From Marsupella aquatica (taxonomy: Eukaryota > Plantae > Marchantiophyta): DNA of 64,000 bases. Within the stretch, counting starts at the first letter, position 1, and every line of letters starts with the position of its first letter. The notes under the pieces are model-generated. The model had not been told where the DNA came from. It did no database searches and worked only from the letters and a program-made list of their open reading frames with translations. The position numbers and the translations under genes are program-made. The stretch lies in NCBI GenBank assembly GCA_973895155.1, contig OZ316898.1, positions 7,861,079 through 7,925,078 of the forward strand, given 5' to 3'. This document shows, in pieces, positions 12,274 through 21,803 of the stretch.

Positions 12274-14895
12274 TTGGTGGAGAGTTGGGAACCACAGCTT
12301 GGCCCTAAGTTAACAGGGGAGGAGAGACGTCGCATGCATCGATTCCTGAAGAGTTATTGGAATTGTTTTGCATTCAGCATGAAGGATTTGGGGACATTGA
12401 AGGGCCCTGGTATTCAGATTGAATTGGCTAGTGATGCGCCAATCTTTCGTAGACCATACCGTTATAGTGACATGGAGAGAGCTCTGATTCAAAGCAGAAC
12501 TCAAGATTTGTTGGAGGCTGGATTGGTGGAGATTTCATATGGGGAGTATGCATCTGCCATAGTGATGCCAGCCAAGAAGGATGTGCATGGCAATTACACA
12601 GATAGGCGCATGTGTGGTGATTACAGACCTATTAATCGCCAGACAAAATCTGATCGATATGCCATGCCCACACCTGAGGAGATCTTTGATGCTGTGGGGC
12701 ATGCAAAGGTTTTCAGTTCATTGGATCTGAGGGCAGGGTACCATCAGCTTCCAATTAGGCATGCTGACAGGTCCAAGACAGCATTTTGGGGGATTGATTC
12801 TTATGGCAAAGATCATTTGTATCAGTGGTTATTCTTACCATTTGGGTTGAAGAATGCACCAACTGAGTTCCAGAGAGTCATGGATCGAATCCTTGCAGGT
12901 TTGGATTTTGTCAGATGTTATATTGATGATATTTTGGTCTATTCTTCTACTGTGGAAGAACATCAGCAGCACTTGCAGACTGTGTTGGAGAGATTGAGAG
13001 CACATGGGTTGAAGCTCCATCCTAGCAAGTGTAAGTTCTTCCAAGACCAGATTGAGTATTTGGGCCACACCATATACCCAGGGGGATTGGGTGTACAGCA
13101 GACTAAAGTGGAGGTCATTACATAGATTTCTTGTCCTACTGATGTGAGTAGAGTTCGTGCATTCTTGGGATTGGCGAGCTACTACAGGAGGTATGTTAAA
13201 GGATTTAGCCAACTTGCTAAACCTTTGACCATACTCACTAAGTTGGATCAGGAATGGATTTGGGGTGATGACCAGGAGCATGCCTTTCAGGAGTTGAAGC
13301 AAAGGTTGGCATCATCCCCTATTTTGAGAAGACCCATTTCAGGCAGACCATTTCAGCTACACACTGATTGGAGTGGAGTAGGACTTGGAGCAGTGCTGAC
13401 TCAGAAGGATGATGAGGGGAATGAGTTTGTTGTGGCTTATGCCAGTAGATCAAACAATTCAGCAGAGGCTAAGTATAGCTCTTATGAGGGAGAGTGTTTG
13501 GCAGCAGTGTGGGCTGTTGCACACTTTCGTTGCTACTTGTTTGGTAACCCCTTCACCTTGATCACTGATCATCAGCCTCTTAAGTGGTTAATGGAGTCTG
13601 ACAAGCTTACAGGGAAGCTTGCACGATGGGCATTGTTATTACAGGAGTATGATTTCCAGGTGGTGCATAGGCCTGGAAAAGTGAACTTGGATGCAGATGG
13701 ATTAAGCTGCAATCCATGTACCAGTCAGCAGGATGAGACTGGAGCCAGATGGCATGATAAGTCAGATAAGGAGATGGTGCCAGGATGGCATGCATCTGCC
13801 TTTCTTTGTTGGGTGCCAGCATACAGTGGATCTGTGGACTCTATCTCATTGGATGGAGTGGGTGATGAGTCTTCAGATGTGGATGTTGGTGAGGTAACTT
13901 CTGGACAGCAAGATATTCACAATGATGTGAGAGTGTTGGAATATCTGCGCAATAGTTCTATTGTTGGCAGTGTTGATGCCAAGGAACGTGACAGGGTTCT
14001 ACAGAGAGCCAAGAGGTTTTGATGGGAGGGAAACCATCTTTTGAGAGTATTGCATGATGGTAGGATGTTGGTGGTACCAAAACCATCACAACGAGTACAT
14101 TTGGTGTGACATGCGCACGAGGAGTTGGGTCACTTTGGTGTGAAGCGCACTTACAGCTTGCTGCAGACACAGTATTGGTGGCATGGTATGCACACTCATG
14201 TCCAGCAGTTGATAGCTAAGTGTGTGGTATGTGACAGAGTGAGAGCATCATTTAATGCTCCCACTCCCCAGTTGCACCCGTTACCGATCATGGGTTTGGG
14301 ATATTGTTGGAGTTTGGATTTTGCTGGTCCATTACCTCTTACCCAACGTCATAATCGGTATGTTTTGGTCATGGTGGAGTACTTCTCCAAGTGGATTGAG
14401 CTAGTGGCGTTGCCAGATAAAGCCAGTGGAGGAGTTGCTGCTACATTTTTGGATCGTGTACTCAGTCATTTTGGAGCACCAACTGAGGTGTTGACTGATC
14501 AGGGAACTGAGTTCCGTGGAGAGTTTGAGAGTTTGTGTGAACAAGCTTTGATTGATCATCGCACTACCTCTCGTGATCATCCTGAGGCAGATGGATTAGC
14601 TAAGAGAGTTGTGCAAACTGTGAAGAGAGGATTGCGTAAGTATGACTTGCAGGTTGGTCATCTGGGAGATTGGGATCTCCAGCTACCTTGGTTAGCTATG
14701 GGCTACCGTTTCAGTCGGCAAGCATCACTTGCATCCTTCTCACCCTACTTTTTGCTCTATGGTAGAGAGCCAGATTTGCCAGTAGCTATTCGTCGTGATG
14801 CTGCACCAGTTGTGAACTTGGATGATCCTAATGTTTGGGTCAAGGTGTGTTCAGAGAGAGCACGGGTATTTCAGAGAGATGCCCATGGCTTTTGA
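12274..14895 (+). pseudogene. Gypsy pol: reverse transcriptase, RNase H, integrase (interrupted by in-frame stops)
   Basis: RT: RMCGDYRPIN, SLDLRAGYHQL, LPFGLKNAP, CYIDDIL. RNase H: LHTDWS, YASRS, YEGECLA, ITDHQPL. Integrase: HAHEELGH...CVVC zinc finger, WSLDF, LTDQG, and LAKRVVQ where the catalytic Glu appears mutated to Lys. Stops at 13123, 14020 and 14107; +1 frameshift near 14878. Confidence 0.95.
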
Positions 14896-15352
14896 CAACC
14901 TTGCCATTGCCCAACATCGTGATACTTTGAGGTATGCCACTATTCGTGGAGGAGGTTACCGTGCAAGCATTCGACGATTTCATCCTGGTGATTATGTTTA
15001 TTTGCAGCAGACAGCACCCACGACACTTGATGTGACCGCAGGCTGGACAATCTTACGTGTGCGTGAAGTGTTGCCTTCTGGTGTCCTGATGTTGGAGGGA
15101 CGCGATGGTATGGTTTGGAAGGATCATGTGCGCAACTGTGCACCATGTCACTTTCCCAACATTGATGGTACAGTAGATCCAAGCTTGGCACATGTTTGTG
15201 CTGGCTTGAAATGTATGTTGTGTGGATCTGCTCAGGGAGCAGCTACTATATTGATTTGTGATAAGTGTTCTAGAGGATGGCACATGTCATGTTTGACACC
15301 ACCATTGCAGGTGATTCTTAGTGGATCATGGTTGTGTCCTCAGTGTCGGTGA
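14822..15352 (+). pseudogene. Integrase C-terminal region (FHPGDYVYL) plus PHD finger, frameshifted continuation of pol
   Basis: CMLCGSAQGAATILICDKCSRGWHMSCLTPPLQVILSGSWLCPQC is a complete C4HC3 PHD pattern at the end of the polyprotein. Confidence 0.88.
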
Positions 15353-15516
15353 AGCCGACTAGTTATCATTTGTGTTCTCTTGGCAGATATGGATTGCAGG
15401 TAGGTGATCGATGGGGCTCACTTGCACCCGGCCTCCTGATCTTCACACCTAAAAAGGTGTATATCAACCTTGTAGAACTCATGGCTAGCTAGAGTTAGGG
15501 GACCTTACTCCCAGCT

Positions 15517-15663
15517 AGGGGGGCGATTGTGGGTTTTGGACATGTGTGGACATGAGTTCCACTTGTATTCCATTCTCTTGTATTTGTGATGTGGCAGTGT
15601 GACTATGTCTGGATGTATGTGACAGGCGATGTATGTTGTGTAGCGATATGTATGTGCACGACA
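15517..15663 (+). repeat. Polypurine tract and candidate short 3' LTR (about 136 bp, TG...CA)
   Basis: AGGGGGG at 15517-15523, then TGTGGG... at 15528 ending ...GCACGACA at 15663, after which Harbinger-like coding sequence begins. The partner LTR is not in the window, so boundaries are unconfirmed. Confidence 0.5.
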
Positions 15664-16749
15664 TTGATGACGATGGCAATGCAGGCATACGTGATGCTCC
15701 TTGACTGCTTTCAATCTATTGAGCTTTCCATTGAAAGTCAGGTAACAGTGAATCCTACAAGACCAATTGACGATCTTCTGTCAAAGTATGCAGCAACGCC
15801 TCAATTATTCAAGGATTTAACCAATTTCACTCTTGAGGAGTTCCACGAGCTATGTGCTTTGGTTTGTCCAACAATTGAAATGAACGCACGATCTACAGGC
15901 CAAGGCCATAAGCTCAAGGGTCGGCCTTGCAAAGCTTCACCGGAGCAGAGATTGTTCAGCTTCATTTTATACATGAAACACGGTAATACAATCTACTTCG
16001 ATGCTGCACACTGGAACTGGGCTAAGTCTTCTGTCTGTGATGATGCAATTTATGTTGCATCTTGTGTCAATGAAGCCATAGCGGATGAGATCCGGTGGCG
16101 TACTGTTGAGGAGAGAATTGAACTAGGCCAGGTAATAACAAATTTAATTATCGGGATGTATTGGATTTGTAGATGGAACTCTCTGTAAGATTCGCAGACC
16201 TTTTGAGAATGAGAACCATAGCAAATGGTTCCAAGGTCGAAAAAAAATGTATTGCTTGAACTCTACTGTCCTGGTCGATCATAATGGCTTGTTCATTTAT
16301 GTAGACCCGGGATATCCTGGGAGTTTTCATGATGTTACAATTTTGAAGGACTCTTGGGTGGAGCATAATTGGCTACATCTGTTTGCGAACCAGCCAGGGT
16401 ACTCAAAATTTGTTTTAGGTGACAGGGGTACACATCCATGGAGAAGTTTATAATGAGAAGCTTTAGCAAGGTCGAAATCAGGGCTATGGGTTTAGATCAA
16501 AGTCTGGTGAAAGTCTTCAACAAGATGCACGCCGGATACAGGGTACAGGTGGAATGGGGTATTGGTGGGATGAAGCAGAAGTGGTGAAGGCTGATGAAGA
16601 GATTCGACCTTGTTAAGCCAAAGTTCAGCATCACTTTCAATGCTGCTGCCCTGCTGACCAATTTTCTGCATAGACGAAGAAGGGACATGCGTGTGGAGAT
16701 TGCAGGGCCACGAGAAAAGGGAGACTGGGGATGGGCAGGAGACTATTGA
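15664..16749 (+). pseudogene. PIF/Harbinger DDE transposase (DDE_Tnp_4-type) with frameshifts and a stop
   Basis: N-terminal FKDLTNFTLEEFHELC and EQRLFSFILYMKHG...WAKSSV (HTH-like). Then, across frameshifts, GCIGFVDGTLCKIRRP, GRKKMYCLN, YPGSFHD, VLGDRG and RVQVEWGIGGMKQKW*RL...AAALLTNFL, ending at TGA 16747-16749. Confidence 0.88.
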
Positions 16750-18011
16750 CAGATGTAGTATTGATTTGAGCACTTCACACTTTAAAAGTGAGAGTGGATC
16801 CATGTAAAAGTGAAAGCATCCAGACAAACATCAATTTAAAGTGTTTTTTCTTCACTCTAGTGCATTGGGTTCTCTGCGCTCTTTCTTTTATGCAATGCAA
16901 TTGTTTTTTAGAGTTTTTGATCTTAGCTTGAATCAGGTCTACTTGGAATGTGCGAGAACCAAGAAGGCTATGTAGATTTTTTTCTATTTCTTGAAACTAC
17001 AGTCACAACCTCAAAGCTAGCAATCATGTCATTTATTAACCTGCACACGGATGACATTTGCTAGGTTCTGAACCTGAGGTTTACTAAAGTGTCAGTTCTT
17101 GAGCTAGACAAAAGCAAGCCATGGGCCCAAGCTTTAGTATCTCAGATTAAGATTTTAGCCTTTGTGGTGTCAATACAATCGCAAATGTAAGTCGTCAGCT
17201 GACCGTCTTGTTTGGATGCATGCGCTGGACCCACACCCCTATAGATAAGACACATTAGCCTTTTTGGTGTGAATTGAATAGAATCTCTTTTCAAAAACAG
17301 CCTTTTTTGGATGCCCTAAATCTATATCCTTTTTCGTGAGACATGCATAAGAAGCCAGCCTTTTTGGTTTCAAAACAATAGAATGTCTTGTCTCGATGCC
17401 CTAGATCTACACCCGGTTCGATAACACTTTCCCCTATATAAAAGGAATGAATTCAGTATTCAATTAGGGCAGTGCGGAAAGGAACTACTGCAATTTTTGA
17501 GAGGGAATCGAAGGAGTTAGTAGTAAAAGTGACAGAAATAAAACTTGACTACTTAGTCCTTCATTAAATTTAGAATACTCCACGGTGCTGTCATGCACAC
17601 TACCGTGGAGTGACAAGCAACAAAATGGTACTAAAACACAAGACTGTTCATATCAAAACTCACAAAAGGTGACAGAATCTATGAGCAGCATGTGGTCGAA
17701 ATGTTGTGTTCTTTTCTTGTTGATTGAAAAGCAATTAAAACAACTATTACAGAGCTTGTTCTCATCCATTCAAACCAAAATGCGCTGCCCACAAATGGTG
17801 ACTTAGTTGAAGTAGTCTGTATTTATATCTTTATGATTACATGTGCTACAACCCAAAGGTCGAAAACATCCACAGTTATCGAAACCAACTGAAATAGGTG
17901 ACTGCTACTTCAATTCTAAAGTTCTTCATTGAAACCACTGCCTAAAATTCCAAACTTCGCAACTGAAACAAAATGTTACGTAATACTATGATGTCTCAAA
18001 GTGCATGCAAT

Positions 18012-19031
18012 CTATATAATTCCGAAAGCTTCCTTGCACTTATATTTGAACTCCTCCTCTGTGATAAGATCAAGTGTCCTTTGCTTCTCCAAGAGTGAAA
18101 CCTTAGCCATGGTGCTCCTGGCCTGGGACTCAACTGATCTAGAATCAACTATCTGCTGTCTATCAGATTTCAAGCTCTTGAATTCAGTTAAGATATCAGC
18201 CATGCTTTCGCCAACACGTTTGAGACTCTCTTTCTTAGTGAAGGGCTTGGGCAGAATTGGATCAATGCGAGTTATTGCTGCAGGGGGTCGAGGTGGAGCA
18301 ACAGATCTTGATGCCTCTACATTGGAAACCTGACTAGAATTACTACCATGCATGGCATCCTCCCAGATTTTCAAAACGCTCCTAGCCTTCCATGATGGCG
18401 TTTCCATCAACTTCTTCATGAGTGTTGGGTCTTGCAATGTAGCTCCTGCATCTCCCTCAGGATTATTCACCCCCGACTTCATGTCCTTCACACTGTCTCT
18501 CAAGTGCTCTTTGAGTGTCTCCTCTTCGAATGGTGAATTTGGGAACTCCTTCTTGTAATCCACGTAAACATGACCCCAGACTTTCTTTGGAACAAGCTGC
18601 TTCGTTTTTTGCTTTCTCCCCTAGCTGAATTTTTGGAAATGGTCCCAATACGCCTGCACAAGAGTTCCTATATGATTGTTGTCAACAACTCGTCTTCCCT
18701 TCACTGTCTTCTTTCCCTTTCGCTTCCCATCATCATGACGCTTATGTTGACGCTGCTTGTCTCTGTGCTACACATCCTCAATGTTTGCAGCACTGCTAGA
18801 GCTATCTGAATCAGAACCAGAATCCATCGACATTTGTTTCATTTTGGACCCGTTGTTGCTGCTACTGTCGGAGCTCAGCTCGACCTGCTCAGGGCTATCA
18901 AAAATCACAGGCCCAACTTCTGCTCTCACCGATTCTAGTAAGAAAATTGCTCCATGATCTCCCGCACAATAATCTGTATCTTTAATTGCTTGCCTCTTAA
19001 GATCCTTCAGTTTGTCATTCCAATAATCCAC
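18012..19031 (-). pseudogene. Harbinger second ORF, Myb/SANT(trihelix)-like DNA-binding protein, two in-frame TAG stops
   Basis: Track ORFs 18768..19031 and 18012..18563 share one frame. Read-through gives TLVQAYWDHFQKFS*GRKQKTKQLVPKKVWGHVYVDYKKEFPNSPFEEETLKEHLRD and a coiled-coil C-terminus. It is convergent with the transposase, as is common for Harbingers. An upstream exon may lie in 19063-19450. Confidence 0.6.
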
Positions 19032-21527
19032 TGAACATGTGCACTAGCGAAGCAATTAACAATCACACGTACGCACGATAGATGCACACTCGATCAAAAA
19101 TTGCAATGCATGAATGAAACGTACAGAACAAACCGTGTCTCCATTGACAATCAAATAGTTGAAGCAGAGCTGTACCATTTGGGTTGTCTTTCTTCAGTAG
19201 CTCAGACCTCTTGGCTATTGCTCGCTCTTCTCCCAATGTTTGTCTGCCATGAATCTCATCAAGATCTATTACAAAGGGGTTCGCCTCTCTTTCTAGAGGT
19301 CGAGGACAGTGGGCTCGAGCTTTCTTGCGTGAGAGAGTACACTCTAGAGTCATCTTCCCTGTCGCGCCCCTTCTCTCCTTTTCCGCGCCTTCCATGGTTG
19401 TTGTATCAAGTGGAATCAATCGCGATCGGAGTTGCTTCTCAGCTGCCATGGTTGCCAGTGAGTGTGTGTCTCCCCGCGTTTGTGTCCAACAACTGCTCAA
19501 CTTCTCAAAAATGAAATCGGGACGGGAAATTTTTTCCCAATGTTTTCTTCAAGAAAAACATACCGTCCTGTTTTCATTCCCTTTGTACCGGAAATGCGTA
19601 ACTGGAGTTAGGGCTCGACCGGCTCATCCTTAGTTAGTCAACCGTGGGCGACTAGCCCAGATATATTCGACTTTACGAATATCTCTAATGTTGTAAAATG
19701 ATTTGGACTGAACGGCAGCATTATAAAACCATTACGGATCAGTGGCAAATTCAGCCTTAGTAATTTACTAGCTTCATACTTAAGGACTTTACAAGTTGGT
19801 ATCCAATGCAACTCGAATTGAGGAGAATTGTTGTGCGGAAATCAAACTGGAGTTGAATTTGTTGAACAACAACCAAAACTATTAATGAATAGTAGTGGAC
19901 AGAAACCGAAATCACAAGATTGGGTACTAAGGAGAGCTTCAGCTGCTTTTCACATCATCTTGACAACGTAGTTTGAACGCTAGTACCCAACCTAAACGCG
20001 CAAGAAGTCTACAAGTATAGGGGTAATGAGGGCTTGGTTCATGAGTCATTGCTTTACTTTCCTCCCCCTTTTTGCAGGGCTTATAAACATAAAATATAAT
20101 TTTTGAGTAAATTAGATTCATTTGGTTTTTACCATTGAACTAATTACTTGAGGCAGTATGAGTAAAATGTGAAGCACTCAATCTATTCAAAATGTCATCT
20201 CCCATGAAAGTTAGATAAGGTATTTATATAAGTACCTAAATGTGCTTTACATTTTATCTTTTTTATTAAACTCTAAAAATGGTTAGAATAACTGTGTGGA
20301 GGGGAAAGAGTTGTAAGAATGAAGCACAGCCTTCAATTAAAGTGCTTTGGCCTCTGTAAATGTATTTTAAAGACAAAAATGGTGACAAAGTTTACTGACA
20401 AGGAAAATACTGGGACAGAAGTGATGATTTGGTTGCTTGTAGTGTATTGTTTGGACAAAAGTGTAAAAAACAATATGCAAGCATATTTTTAGTCAAGTCC
20501 ATGTAGGTTTAATTTATCCATGAGGGCTTCATGGACATAAGTTCTCTACAATGACTTAGAACTTGCCATCAGGTTATTTAGGACAAAAAGTTATTGATTA
20601 GGAATTGGGTTGTAGTTTGCTATGAAGAACCAAAAACACACTTAAAGGTCTTCAAACTCGGTATTCGTTCCCGTAAAGAACAAGATGGGGTTGGTTTGAT
20701 ACATAAAAACACAAATGAGAGTTTAAGAACTCTCTTTAACACATAGTAATCAGAATTGATTACTTTAATAAGGTATTTTGAAGATCGCTCCACAGCGGTG
20801 AGTAGTTTTCAATGATAACTCAGCATCAGGTAACCATAAATTAATGAAAAAGGAATGATTAACAAAACACAAGAGAAAATAATCTCAAAGTACGCTAAGG
20901 GAGTCTGGAATAGACCAAGGTTACTCCTTAGACATAAGTCAAAATGAAAAGACTTAAGGATTCAAATCCACGTTTGCTTTTCAGATCTAAACTGCTTACT
21001 AGAGTACCTTTTAAAATGCCGTCAACATGTCTTATCCTTTCTTTCTAAGTGGTACTCAGATAAAATCTAAAAGGTAGCTACTTCAACATTTAGATGGTAC
21101 TAAGCAACATGAAAGAAAATCCATCAATTTCAAATAAGACTTAAACTCAGTGAGTTAACTTCAAGAACTCAAGAGATTGCAATGAATCACCAAAAAGGAA
21201 TCTATCATTACAACTCAAAAGATTTGCACAAAAGAAATTTTACTTCCTGTGTTTATAATCATAGGTAAAAACACAAGAAGGAGGTAAGTCTCTCCAAATG
21301 TTAAACCTGATCTCGAACTCATAGATTCATGATCAACTAGTTTAACACAAGGAAAAGGCAAAAATGCATAACTTAACCATACTTCTACACTAGTGGTGGA
21401 GGGGTCTTATAGTAAAATCCTACAGGGTAAGAGGTCATAGGGTCGAAGAGACATGCCTCTTCATACTCCTCAAAAAGTCAAAACAGCGATTCAGTAAGTG
21501 AAAAGCCGGGAAATGGCTAAGTAAGAA

Positions 21528-21592
21528 CCCGTAAAAGCGTAAAAGCGTAAAGACGTAATCGCGTAAAAGCGTAAAAACGTAAAGGCGTAATC
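21528..21592. repeat. CGTAA motif cluster (downstream of the orphan ORF)
   Basis: cgtaaaagcgtaaaagcgtaaagacgtaatcgcgtaaaagcgtaaaaacgtaaaggcgtaa. Confidence 0.8.
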
Positions 21593-21803
21593 TGGTGAAT
21601 GCGGTAGACTTAAAGACTTACCGAATTCAACTATTTTTAACTTTCTACTCCTGGCTCGGAAAATTCTGAAATTTTGCCAGTACGTTTTCCTAGGTACAGG
21701 CACTAAATAAGTTTCATAGCTTTTAAAGCTCTATAACACATTTTGAAAAATAGGGAAAGATGCACTATTCTTAAAACTTAACTAAAAAGACTTAGATTCT
21801 GCC

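Larger units (their letters stand above)
11147..15663 (+). mobile_element. Ty3/Gypsy LTR retrotransposon carrying a C5 DNA methyltransferase and a C-terminal PHD finger (5' part displaced by the CACTA insertion)
   Basis: Domain order DNMT-RT-RNaseH-INT-PHD (RT before INT is the Gypsy order), followed by a polypurine tract and a candidate 3' LTR. Confidence 0.9.
15664..19629. mobile_element. PIF/Harbinger element, right part
   Basis: Transposase plus Myb-like ORF pair. Candidate terminus ...GACCGGCTCATCC followed by TTA (19630-19632), which matches the Harbinger TAA/TTA target. The other TIR is not in the window. Confidence 0.55.

Noticed and set aside
15586-15663. Start of the 200-aa ORF as the Harbinger transposase N-terminus
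   Set aside because: The first ~26 codons lie in TG-rich candidate LTR sequence; the true start is probably displaced by the Gypsy insertion.
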